A stretch of DNA of 40,338 bases, from the NCBI GenBank assembly GCA_963741205.1, contig CAVUHW010000048.1, positions 1-40,338 on the forward strand, read 5' to 3'. The position numbers and the translations under genes were made by a program. The DNA is from Nitrospirota bacterium (lineage in GTDB: Bacteria; Nitrospirota; UBA9217). Shown here in pieces: positions 29,236 to 40,000 of this stretch; the stretch's first letter is position 1, and each line of letters opens with the position of its first letter. The notes under the pieces are model-generated. The model made no database searches, was not told where the DNA came from, and saw only the letters and a list, made by a program, of their open reading frames with translations.

Positions 29236-31025
29236 CTACTCCGCCCGGACCAGGTCCTCGAACCTGATGTCCACGCCGAACACGCCGATGATCTCGTTCT
29301 GCTCGTCTGCTGATCGGCGCCGACACCGTGATGCAGAGCGCTCCGGTGATCTTCGAGGTATAGAAGTCGGAAACGAAGCTCCTGCCGTCCTTCATGGGGT
29401 TGATGAACCACGGACGGTCGGAGAAATTGTCGCCCAGCCCGGAATGCTCGAACTGCGCCTTGTACTGGATCTGGGTGATGTTCTTCGTGATCTTGTTCCC
29501 GTCCCGGTTTACCACGTAGGCGAACTGGATGAAGGGGTTCTCTTCGAGAAGCTTCTGGATGACCACCTCCTGCATGGCATGGTCCATGGACCGCATTTCC
29601 TTCCGCTCCACCATGCCTTCCACGAGATGCAGGGCGATCTCCTGCGCCTTCTTTTTGAGCTTGTCCAGGTCCGAAACGAAGTATTCGGGCAGGTATTTCT
29701 TCGCCTTCTCCAGAAGTTCGTCATGCGAGATGCTGGTGGTCCTGCCCTGTTCGTACTGCTCCAGCACCCATTTGTTCATCTTGGCCAGGCCGGGGTGACG
29801 TTTGTCGATCTTCTTTTCCGAATCGAGGTCGAGATGGCTGTTCACCCAGTGGGCGATGCCCGCGACGCCGGACTTGTCGGTGATGATGACGCCCATGGGC
29901 CGCTTCAGGACCTTCGTGGTGTCGAAGATGTTGTAGATCTCCTCGTTCTTCATCATGCCGTCGGCATGGATGCCGGCGCTCGTGGAGTTGAACTCGGAGC
30001 CGACAAAGGGGTAGTTGGCCGGGATGGGGAATCCCAGTTCCCTGCGGAAGTACTCGGCCACCTCCGTGATCGCCGGCGGTGTCGATGCCCGCGTCGTTGC
30101 CGGTCAGGCTGATGTAGTCGATGAGCATGGCCTCCACCGGTGTATTGCCCGTGCGCTCGCCGAAGCCCAGAAGCGCGCCGTTTACCGACGAGCAGCCGTA
30201 CATCCACGCGGCCATCCCGTTCACGAGCCCCTTGTGGAAGTCGTTGTGGCCGTGCCACTCGAGCTGTTCCGACGGAACGCCGCCGTCGTGGATCAGGGCG
30301 TAGAATATTTCCGGGACGCCGCGCGGCAGGGCCGTACCGGGGAATGGAAAGCCGTAACCCATGGTGTCGCAGGCCCGGATCTTGATCGGGACCTTCGACT
30401 CTTCGGAAAGCTTCATCAGCTCCTGCGCAAAGGGGATGACGAAGCCGTAGAAGTCCGCCCGGGTGATGTCTTCGAGATGGCAGCGCGGCTTTATGCCCTG
30501 TTCGAGCGCCGTTCTGACGATGTCGAGATACTGCTGCAGGGCGTCCTTGCGCGTCATGTTGAGCTTCAGAAATATATGATAGTCCGAGCATGACGTGAGG
30601 ATGCCCGTCTCCTTGAGCCCCATGTCCTTCACCAGCTTGAAGTCCTTCTTGTTCGCCCGGATCCAGCCCGTGATCTCGGGGAACCGGTACCCCCGCTCCA
30701 TGCAGAGCCGCACCGCCTCGCGGTCCTTCTCCGAATACAGGAAGAACTCGGTCTGGCGGATCACGCCCTCAGGCCCGCTCATGCGGTGCAGAAAATCGAA
30801 GATGTCGGCGATCTGCCCGGGCGTATAGGGCGGACGGGACTGCTGCCCGTCGCGAAACGTGGTGTCCGTGATCCAGATGTCCTTCGGGATGTTCGTCTGG
30901 ATGAGCCGGTCCTCCAGCACCACCCGGGGCACGCTGGCGTAGGGAAACATGTCGCGGTAGAGTTCCGGCTCTTTCACGTTCTTGAGCTCAAAAGGAATTT
31001 TTACCGTCTGTTTTTTGATGGTCAT
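29236..31025 (-). CDS. DRE-TIM metallolyase, Re-citrate-synthase-like, with a C-terminal Cache/PDC-like domain; frameshifts at ~30075 and ~29310
   Basis: TDTTFRDGQQ, SCSDYHI, HLEDITRAD, HGHNDF, GERTGN and AGIHADG motifs; tail has DRPWF...SDFYTSKITGALCITVSAPI. Confidence 0.75.
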
Positions 31026-31148
31026 GCAACACTCCTGGTATTCAATCAAATTCAATATTTACTGTTCAAAATTCAAAACATCGAACGGTGAAGAGAGAAA
31101 TAAATTCGAAACTCGATATTCAGGTCCTTGAATCCTGAGTATTGAATT

Positions 31149-31808
31149 TCATTCGCCCCTGATCCCCCGGATCGCCGCCGCGTAGTCCTTCTTGCCGAAC
31201 ACCGCGGAACCCGCGACAAGGATGTCCGCGCCGGCTGAGATGACCGACGCCGCGTTCTCGGGCTTCACGCCTCCATCGACCTCGATCTCGGTCCCAAGAC
31301 CCAGCTCGTCGATCCGCCTCCGGAGTTTCGCGATCTTGTCCAGCGCCGAGGCGATAAAGTTCTGGCCGCCGAACCCGGGGTTCACCGACATGATGAGCAC
31401 CATGTCTATGTCGCTCAGGATATAGTCCAGGGCCGTCAGCGGCGTCGCCGGGTTGAGCGAGACCGCCGCCTTCACGCCCTTGTGCTCCTTGATGGACTGC
31501 ACGAGCCGGTTCAGATGGAACGCGGTCTCGGCGTGCACCGTAATATAGTCGGCCCCCGCCTTCGCGAAATCGGCAATGTACAGCTCCGGGTTGGTGATCA
31601 TGAGGTGCACGTCAAGGGGCAGTTTCGTGCTCCTGCGGGCGGCTTCCACGATAAGCGGCCCAATGGTGATGTTCGGCACGAAATGCCCGTCCATCACGTC
31701 GACATGGATCAGGTCCGCGCCCGCGGCCTCGACCGCCTTTATTTCCTCGCCCAGCCGGGAGAAATCGGCCGAGAGGATGGAAGGAGCGACCTTGATTTTT
31801 TTTGTCAT
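31149..31808 (-). CDS. rpe: Ribulose-phosphate 3-epimerase
   Basis: [31 protein letters not shown] and VDGG motifs. Confidence 0.97.
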   Translation of the reverse strand: MTKKIKVAPSILSADFSRLGEEIKAVEAAGADLIHVDVMDGHFVPNITIGPLIVEAARRSTKLPLDVHLMITNPELYIADFAKAGADYITVHAETAFHLNRLVQSIKEHKGVKAAVSLNPATPLTALDYILSDIDMVLIMSVNPGFGGQNFIASALDKIAKLRRRIDELGLGTEIEVDGGVKPENAASVISAGADILVAGSAVFGKKDYAAAIRGIRGE

Positions 31809-31941
31809 GAGTCTTCCTCAACAATATCACAAACTGCAGATGCAGAGTTGCGAAATTGGAAATTTACAAGTTAGCGCCTGAGTTTCGCAATTTAAAGACT
31901 TTAATTTGTGATCTCAACTCGCAATTGCTGCATGTATTCTC

Positions 31942-32660
31942 TCACTTGCTCACCACGATATCCACCGTCGTATCAGCGGAAACCGGGAATCCCGCTGCCG
32001 GGTTTCTGGCTGATGACGGTCCGCTCTACGCCCGGGGGCCTGTCGCCGGCTGCCTGCGATGCGACCCGGTGCTGCAAGCCCCATGCGGTCAATAATCCGG
32101 AGGGCCTCCTCGGCCTTTATCCCGGTAAGCTTCGGCATGACGAGAAGTTCGGGCTTCCTGCCGCTGCTTACGAGCATGCTGATCGTTCCGCCTTTTTCGA
32201 GCTGGCTGCCGGCCTGCGGATATTGGGCCATCACGGTATCGCGTTCGACCGCGTCCGAGAAAGCCCGCGATATGTCCCCGGGCACGAACCCTGCCTGCCG
32301 TATCATGATATCGGCCTTGCGGAAATTTTCTCCCACCACCTTCGGCGAAAGCAGCTCGCTGGGGCCCTGGCTCACGACGACCCGGACCTGCCGCCCTTTC
32401 TTGATCCCGCTCCCCGGCGCCGGCGTTTGCGAGATAACGGTGTCCCGCGGCATGGTGGGATGGGGCTCCCGGCGGTCGACCTTGAGTTGAAGGCCCTGCT
32501 GGGTTGCCAACTCGATCACGGACACGATGTCCCGGCCGGTAAGGTCCGGAACGCGGACTTCCTCCTGGCGGAGGAGCAACGCGATGACCGCGAAGGCGCT
32601 GGCGATGCCGACACCGACCAGCGCGATAAAGATGCCGAGGCCTTTAAAAAACCGCTTCAT
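31942..32660 (-). CDS. Membrane-anchored PASTA-domain protein; indels in the third repeat
   Basis: N-terminal TM helix, then VPDLTG...SQTPAPG...VVSQG repeats; probable true end VDIVVSK*. Confidence 0.8.
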
Positions 32661-32797
32661 GTCAGAGCCCGTATTTTACCATAGTTCAAGGCAGATGCAA
32701 GAACAATGATGAAGATGCAGGATGTCAGAGGTGCAGGATGCAGGCTTAATCCGTAACGGAAACAGCTATCCTGCATCCTGTATCCTGGCATCCTGTA

Positions 32798-34120
32798 TCA
32801 TTTCTTCCTTACCATCCTCACCCCGAAGAACCCGTCCATCTCCGGCGCCTTCGGATAGGTGTGGAGAAAACCGCGTCCGTCAACCAGTGCGGAAGCCCGC
32901 TGAGGCAGATACGGCCTGGGATCATCGACAAAAAACCCGCTGCCGGGTCCCGCAAGAAAGGCGTCAACAACCTCTTCGTTTTCTTCCGGTTCCGTGGTGC
33001 ACGTGGCATAGACGAGCGCGCCGCCCGGCCGAAGAAGTTTCGCGCAGTTTTCGAGTATCCGCTGCTGCGCTGCCGCCCGTTCCCGGATCGTCCCCTCGCC
33101 CTTGTTCCATCTGCCGTCGGGATGCCGCCTGAGCACGCCGAGGCCGGAGCAGGGGGCGTCGATCAATACCCGGTCGAAGCCCTCGTCCGCGTAAATCGCC
33201 GCGTCGCCCTGTTTCGGTACGATGATCGATATGCCCAGCCGACGGCTGTTCTCGCTGATCCGGGCGATCCGCGCCGCATCGCGCTCGAGCGCAACGATCT
33301 TTCCCTTGTCACACATCAGCTCGGCCAGGTGCGTAGCCTTGCCGCCGGGCGCCGCGCAGGCATCCAGCACGCGCTCTCCCGGCTCGGGGGCAAGCATCAG
33401 GCCTATGAGCTGGGCCGCCTCGTCCTGCACCATGAACCGTCCCTCTCCGTAGCCCGGAAGAGCGCGGATGCCCGGCGACGAAAGGATTTCGAGCCCCGCG
33501 GGCGAATAAACCGTCTCGACTGCGCGTGCGCCCGCGCGTTCAAGGTCGGCCTTGAGCTCTTCCCGCGTCGTCTTGAGCGTGTTTACCCGAAGCACGAGCG
33601 GAGCGGGCGCGTTGTTTTCGCGCAGAAGCGTTTCTGCCGTTTCGGTTCCAAAGCGCTGGATCCAGCGCCTCACCAGCCATTCAGGATGTGAATAGAGGAC
33701 GGAGAGCCGGCGGACTGGATTTTCCGCACCCGGATAGGCGACTCTGTCCCGCTTCCGGTCGAGGTTCCGGAGCAGACCGTTCACGTAGCCCTGTTTCCTG
33801 CCGTATGCCTTGGCGAGCTCGACGGAAGTGTTCACCGCGGCGCTGGGGGGGACCCTGTCCAGAAACAGCAGCTGGTAGGCGCCGAGCCGCAGGATGTTTC
33901 TGGTCGAGGCGTCGGTTTTTTCAACAGGCTGGGCTGAAAACCGGTCCAGCGCCCAGTCGAGGCGCAGCCGGTTTCTGAGCACCCCGTACACCAGTTCCAG
34001 CAGAAAGGCGCTGTCACGCGCGTCGAAGGACCGCCGCGCCTCTTCGAGCAGCGCGTCCGCGAAGACGCCGTCCTCGACTTTCCGGAGGATTTCGAGCGCC
34101 TTGTCCCGCGGCCTATCCAT
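32798..34120 (-). CDS. rsmB: 16S rRNA m5C967 methyltransferase
   Basis: NusB-like N-terminus, VQDEAAQ, DACAAPGGK, DAPCSGLG and YATCT motifs. Confidence 0.95.
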   Translation of the reverse strand: MDRPRDKALEILRKVEDGVFADALLEEARRSFDARDSAFLLELVYGVLRNRLRLDWALDRFSAQPVEKTDASTRNILRLGAYQLLFLDRVPPSAAVNTSVELAKAYGRKQGYVNGLLRNLDRKRDRVAYPGAENPVRRLSVLYSHPEWLVRRWIQRFGTETAETLLRENNAPAPLVLRVNTLKTTREELKADLERAGARAVETVYSPAGLEILSSPGIRALPGYGEGRFMVQDEAAQLIGLMLAPEPGERVLDACAAPGGKATHLAELMCDKGKIVALERDAARIARISENSRRLGISIIVPKQGDAAIYADEGFDRVLIDAPCSGLGVLRRHPDGRWNKGEGTIRERAAAQQRILENCAKLLRPGGALVYATCTTEPEENEEVVDAFLAGPGSGFFVDDPRPYLPQRASALVDGRGFLHTYPKAPEMDGFFGVRMVRKK

Positions 34121-34893
34121 CGATCGCCGCTGGATTTACCGCGGCCGTTCGCGAGGAATTCGAGGGCTTCGGCGACCTTGCCGATATCGACGCTCGTATT
34201 GAAGCACGGTCCGAAGGGACGGTCGTTCAAGATACCGATGACGGGAAGCGGATAGGCGTCCTGGATGCCGCTCGTCAGGTCACGCTCGCACGCCACGGCG
34301 ATGATGGCCTGGGGCTTTGCCTCCGCCACCCTCCTCCTGGCGAGCGTACCGCCGGTTGCGACCGAGAGGTGCACATCATGCTTCTTGGCGAGCATCACCA
34401 GGTCCTTGATCTTGCATTTGCCGCAGGCCTGGCACTTGTAGGCATCGGTGGTGATCTTGATGGCGCAGTCGTTGAACTGCAGACAGTGCGGCATGAGGAG
34501 CAGGATGCGGCTGGGCTTGATGTCCCTCATCTTCGCCTTGACCAGGAGATTATTCACTTCAACGAAGGACTGCTGCACTTTTTCCTTGGAGATGCCGAGG
34601 AGCTTGCCCAGGACGATCATGATGGGGAAGAGGACCTCAATCACGATGCCCCGCAGCCGGGTGGCAAAAAAAATCTCCCTGCCGCGGATAAGGGTCAGGA
34701 TGAGCAGCCCCACGCCGAGGATCAGGACACTGAGAGTCCCGCCCATGGTCAGGCACACGACCCTCGGCGCCAGGGGATGAATATTCTTGAGCCCGACGTA
34801 GGGTATCAGGTACAGCCCCACGGTCACCGCGGTAATGAGCAGGACCGTGAAGACGATGAGGCCGATGAAGATTCTTTTCTTGGGTTCGGACAT
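34121..34893 (-). CDS. DUF116-family membrane protein; 3' end uncertain (frame runs on into rsmB, probable indel)
   Basis: LLMPHCLQ, C..CGKC, VATGGTLAR and AVACERDL motifs; lies between fmt and rsmB. Confidence 0.75.
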
Positions 34894-34955
34894 AACGTTA
34901 AAGCAAATCCTAAATTCGAAGTTCCAAACTCTACACAATAAACGGCAAGCATTTT

Positions 34956-35074
34956 TCTCGCAAAGACGCAAAGGGCGCAAAGGAAAAGCTGACTTAATTC
35001 AAAAGCTTTAATTTTTGGGTTTTACAACCAGAACAAGCCGTTCCCATCTTTGCGAACTTTGCGTCTTTGCGAGA
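34956..35074. repeat. MITE-like inverted repeat built from cgcaaag units
   Basis: tctcgcaaagacgcaaagggcgcaaa ... tttgcgaactttgcgtctttgcgaga. Confidence 0.7.
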
Positions 35075-35115
35075 GATGCCTTTTGCTTCTGGCTTTTGGG
35101 TTTCGCTCGTCCGGG

Positions 35116-36057
35116 TCAGGATTTAAAGCTTCGTGCTTCAAATTTCCTTCCTATAACCCCCCGGTGCCCCCGCAAAAACTCGGCTGCCGTCATGGGTTTT
35201 TTCCCCTCGGGCTGAATGCTCAGGATGCGGAGCCGGCCGCTGCCGGCGCCGACAATCAATTTGTTGTCGTTCTCCTGATACAATTTTCCAGGCTCCCCGC
35301 TCCCGGCGGAGACCTCCGACTCGATAATCTTGACGATCTTTCCTTCCAACTTGCCGAAGGCGCCAGGCCAGGGCGTAAGCCCCCGGACGCGATTATGGAT
35401 TTCGACGGCGGTCAGATTCCAGTCGATGAAACCGTCTTCCTTCTTGAGCAGCGGCGCCAGAGTTGCCTGCGCGCTGTCCTGCGTTACCGGGACGAGCGTG
35501 CCGTCGGCGATCAGAGGCATAGCCCTGGTGATGAGCCTTGCACCGATCTCCGACAGTTTCTCGGTCAGCGTTCCCGCCGTGTCGTTCGGGTCGATCGGGA
35601 TGCTCTCCTTCAGCAGGACGGCGCCGGTGTCCATTCCCTCGTCCATCTGCATGATGGTGACACCGGTCTCCCTGTCGCCCCGGATGATCGCCCAGTTGAT
35701 GGGAGCCGCGCCGCGGTACGACGGTAAAAGAGACGCGTGAACGTTAATACAGCCGAATCTCGGCGTGGCCAGGACATCTTTCGGGAGGATCTGTCCGTAA
35801 GCAGCGACGACGATCACCTCGGGGTGAAGACCGCGCAGCGTCGTAAGGAACTCGGGGTCCCGCACGCGCCGAGGCTGGAACACCGGGATGCCCAGTTGCT
35901 GCGCAGCGATCTTGGTCGCCGGCGTTGCGAGCACGCGGCCCCTCCCCGCCGGCTTGTCTATCCGCGTTACGACGCCCGCGATCTCGTGCCCCGCTGCTGC
36001 AAGGGCGCGGAGCGGCTGCACGGCAAACTGCGGTGTACCCATGAAGACAAGTCTCAT
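35116..36057 (-). CDS. fmt: Methionyl-tRNA formyltransferase
   Basis: FMGTPQFA, NVHASLLPSYRGAAPI and MDEGMDTG motifs. Confidence 0.96.
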   Translation of the reverse strand: MRLVFMGTPQFAVQPLRALAAAGHEIAGVVTRIDKPAGRGRVLATPATKIAAQQLGIPVFQPRRVRDPEFLTTLRGLHPEVIVVAAYGQILPKDVLATPRFGCINVHASLLPSYRGAAPINWAIIRGDRETGVTIMQMDEGMDTGAVLLKESIPIDPNDTAGTLTEKLSEIGARLITRAMPLIADGTLVPVTQDSAQATLAPLLKKEDGFIDWNLTAVEIHNRVRGLTPWPGAFGKLEGKIVKIIESEVSAGSGEPGKLYQENDNKLIVGAGSGRLRILSIQPEGKKPMTAAEFLRGHRGVIGRKFEARSFKS

Positions 36058-36059
36058 AG

Positions 36060-36190
36060 AAATTCCAAATCCCAAGCACTAAGTTCTCAATAAGCTCCAA
36101 TGACCGAAATCCGAATCGTCAAGCAGTTTCGCCCAGGATTGATTGGAAATTGGAGTTTGTTGAGAATTTGCTATTTGGAGATTGGAAATT
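36060..36190. repeat. Intergenic imperfect inverted repeat of ~7-mer units
   Basis: aattccaaatcccaa... versus ...ttggagattggaaatt. Confidence 0.6.
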
Positions 36191-36201
36191 GCCGGTCTCT
36201 T

Positions 36202-36720
36202 CTAGGCTTTCTCGACCGCTATCTTCCTGTATCTCCGCTTGAAGATGCTTTTTTTGAGAGGGCTTAAGTGGTCCACGAAAAGCAGGCCGTTCAGATGATC
36301 GATTTCATGCTGGAACGCCTTTGCCAGGAGCCCTTCGGCCTCGATCTCGAAGGTTTTGCCCGTCCGGTCCTGAGCCCGGACTCTGACCTTGGCGGCGCGC
36401 TTCACTTTTTCGGAAAAGTCGGGAATGCTGAGGCAACCCTCTTCTTCAACGGCGGCCCCTTCCTGGGAGATGATTTCCGGATTGATGAACACGAGAAGAG
36501 GATGACGGTCCTCGGCGTCTTCCCGCGAGCTCAGATCGATCACCGCCAGTTGAAGCGAAACCCCCACCTGGTTCGCGGCAAGACCGACGCCGGGCGCGGC
36601 GTGCATGGTTTCGACCATGTCCTGAATAAGTCCGTCCAGGGACCCATCAATTTTTTTCACACGCGCCGTTTTGGTCCGGAGGACCGGGTCCGGGTAAACC
36701 CTTATCGTTCGGATAGCCAT
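36202..36720 (-). CDS. def: Peptide deformylase
   Basis: GVGLAANQVG, EGCLS and QHEIDHLNG motifs. Confidence 0.97.
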   Translation of the reverse strand: MAIRTIRVYPDPVLRTKTARVKKIDGSLDGLIQDMVETMHAAPGVGLAANQVGVSLQLAVIDLSSREDAEDRHPLLVFINPEIISQEGAAVEEEGCLSIPDFSEKVKRAAKVRVRAQDRTGKTFEIEAEGLLAKAFQHEIDHLNGLLFVDHLSPLKKSIFKRRYRKIAVEKA

Positions 36721-36791
36721 AAGGGACTTTTTAACATGATTGCCTTTTAAAATCAAGGCGAATTCTGGAGATACCTCTACGAACCTTCACT

Positions 36792-36960
36792 TCGCGTAAG
36801 CGAGCGAATACGATAGTACTCTAAACCTCAAGAATCGAGCTCCCGATCCCCCGGGATGCTCAATTCTGGAATAATAGAACTCGCGCAAGCGAAGCGAATA
36901 CGATACTATTTCAAACCTTAATAATCGAGCTCCCGGCCATCAGGGGAGCTCAATTCTGGA
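36792..36960. repeat. Two imperfect ~80-bp tandem repeats (36792-36870 and 36881-36960), each with a hairpin
   Basis: tcgcg.aagcg..gcgaatacgata...aaacct...aatcgagctcccg...gctcaattctgga occurs twice. Confidence 0.8.
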
Positions 36961-37012
36961 GCCAGGGCAACGACTCCCACGTCAGGCGCCGCGGCCATGA
37001 CCCATGATAGTG

Positions 37013-37042
37013 TTGACACTCCGGCGAGCTTTATGGTATTTT
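37013..37042 (+). promoter_or_regulatory. Sigma70-type promoter for the TPR gene
   Basis: TTGACA-18 bp-TATTTT with TG extension, 6 nt before ATG 37049. Confidence 0.55.
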
Positions 37043-37048
37043 AAATTC

Positions 37049-40000
37049 ATGGCGATCGACAAAAATGCAATTATGAATGAAGCCCGGAAATTTGCCGCCA
37101 AGGGCCAATATGATAAGGCGATTGCCGAGTGGAAGAAGCTTCTTAGTGAAACGCCGCATGACGCCAATCTCTATAATACGATCGGCGACCTCTGCATCAA
37201 AAAAAACTCCCGGGCGGAGGCCGTGGATGCCTACAAGCGCGCGGCCGACATCCTTGCGGAGGACGGCTTTACCTCGAAGGCCATAGCCCTCTACAAGAAA
37301 GTCCTCAACATCGACATTACAAGGGTAGAAGTCCATCTTGCCCTCGGCGACATGCATGCCGAGAAGGGCCTCACCGGCAACGCCCTCGCGAACTACAAAT
37401 ACGCCGCCGATCTCTTCAATAAGGAAAACAATATCGCCCAGGCCCTCGGCATTTACCAGAAGATGGCAGATCTCAACCCCGACAATGTCACCTTCAGGAT
37501 CAAACTCGCCGACATGTACGCAAAGCAAGGCATGAAAGCCGAGGCCGCCAAGGCGTATCTCTCCGCAGCGGACGCGCACTTGTCGAAGGAAGAGCTCAAG
37601 GAAGCCCGCCACCTGTTCGAAAAGGTCCTCACGATCGATCCGGACAACAAGGCCGTTTATTTCAAGGCCGGCATCGTTTATCTGAAAGAAGGAAAGTTCG
37701 GCGAGGCGTGCAAGGCCCTGAAGCCGGCCTTCGAAAACGACCCGGACAACCGTGAGCTTTCCGATACCTATCTTGAAGCGCTCACGAGGGCCGGCAAGGA
37801 CGCTGATGCTGAGCATGTGATCATGAAGATCCTGGCCGCGGACCCCGGCAGGACCGATCTGCACGAAAAATTGTACCATATTTACATAGCGAAGAGTGAA
37901 TTCGAAAAGGCACTCGACACGGCCTCGTCCCTCGCCCGCGGCCGCATCGAATCGAACGACCATGGTGGCGCCGAGGAGATCCTTACGAGATTTGTCGCCG
38001 ACAGCCCGCGTTTTATCCCGGGCAGGCGGGCTCTCGCCGAACTGTACGTTTCGCTGAAGCGGGGCGGGGAAGCCGCCGAAACATTCGTGCAGGCGGCGAA
38101 ACTCCTCGCGGAGGAAGGGAACGTCGAAAGCGCCACGGCGTCGCTCAACAGCGCGCTCAGGATCGTCCCCGATTTTCAGGAAGCAAGAGATCTGCTCGAC
38201 CAGATCACGTCTCCTCCCCCTGCGCCTGCGCCGCCGGAACCGGAGATCTCAATAGAGGAAACCGCCCCGCCGGACTTTTCGGCCGAACCGGAGCCGGCAG
38301 TCGAAGAGCCCACTCCAACTGCTTTCGAAATGCAGGCCGAGAAATTACCTCCGGTCGCTCCCCGGGAAGAACCAGTTGCCGAAGTCCAGGCAGCCCGGGA
38401 TGAATATGATGATCCCGCCATAGCCGAAGCGATGACCGAAGCAGATGTCCTCGTGAAATACGGCCTGTCTACAAAAGCGATCGAACAGCTCGAGGGCTTG
38501 GCGTTAAGGTTCCCCGAAAGCATGCAGATTCGCGTCAAGCTGCGCGATCTTTATGGTGATCAGGGGCAAATGCGCAAGGCAACGGCGCATATGCTCGTCA
38601 TGGCGGACCTTTATCATAAGCGCGGCATGAAGGACCAGGCGGAACAGGTCCTGCATTACGCTCTTGAGATCGATCCCTCCAATAACGAGATCAGCTCCCG
38701 GCTCGGAATCGCCGGGCCTACCGTCGTGCCTCCTGAACCGGCCCCGACCCCGTTCGAAGACTTTTCTTCTCCGGAGGACGTGACTGAACAAATCGCCGCT
38801 GCGGCAGTAGAAACCGCGCCGACGTTGGAAGAGCCGCGACCCGTTATCGAGCCGGCCCCGACCGACGCAATCGTAATCGAAGGACTCGATGCCGGATTGC
38901 CTCACCGGGAAGAGGAATTTCCCTTCCCCGCCGCGTGCCCGCCTGCAGATGAAATGCCTGCGACTTCTACGCACGAGCCCGACACCCTGTCTGACTCCGG
39001 CATCGATGCGACCGGCGGGAAACCGGAACCACGGGTCCCTCATGACGACATTCCTCCCTCGTTCGGATTAGACGCAACTCTGTTAGACGAAACATCGACC
39101 GATCTTGACTTTTCTTCCGTCGAGGAAGGAACGAACTCATCGCCCGAGGAGACGCCCCCTGATCAGACGTCCGACATGCGACCTGCCATGGCCGAGTCCG
39201 CGCCGGATGTCGAAGAAACGGCACAGCAAGTCGAGGAACGGCGTGATTCGCTGCCGATCGCCGAAGAACGGGTTGAACCAGAGGCCCCGGCGCCGGAATT
39301 GGCAGCCCCGAGCGACGTCGGTGAAATCTGGGCAGAGGCGGAGTTCTACTTCCAGCAGGGACTATTCCATGAAGCCAAAAAGCACTACGCCAGGATCATC
39401 GGGCTGAACCCCGACGAAAGGAAGGCGATCGACCGGCTCGCGGAGATTGCCCGGGAAGAAGAGGACACCAGGGAATTTTCGAAGCTAGCCGAAGCCGTGG
39501 AAGAACTGGAGGACGCCCTCCCCCCGGAAAAGCTCTCTGAAGTGGAGATGCCGCTCAGTGAATCGGATGAGGAAGCCGTCCGCAGTCTCATGAAGGAGAT
39601 TTCGCTGCTTAAGCAACCTCCCGAAGAAATCGTCCCCCCGCAGGCGGACGAAGACATTAGAGCGTCCTTGCGAACGGCTGCTCCGCCCCAGCAACCGGTT
39701 TCCCCTGCCTCTGCGCAGAAACTTTCCGACGACGCGGGGCCCGCCGCGCCAGATGCAGAGGAAGACTATTTCGATCTCGGCGCAGAGCTGGCCGAAGAGA
39801 GCGACGCAAGCGCCCCCGCAAAGAGGGAGGAACCGTCAAGCGACTTTTTCGATCTTGCCTCGGAGCTCCGGGACGAATTCAGCGTCGAGGCGCCAGCCCC
39901 TCGCGAAACCCCTGCCGAGGAACAGAGCCTCGATGAAATCTTTGAGGAATTCAAGCGCGGCGTCGAAAAACAGTCCATCAAAGAGGACGCGGACACCCAT

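Noticed and set aside
1-34140. Frameshifts in garR, larA, yggT, pgeF, the hybrid kinase, the citrate-synthase-like gene, PASTA and DUF116 read as pseudogenes or programmed frameshifts
   Set aside because: They are mostly isolated single-base indels, some in homopolymers, in otherwise well-conserved genes. Sequencing or assembly error is more parsimonious; reads are needed to confirm.
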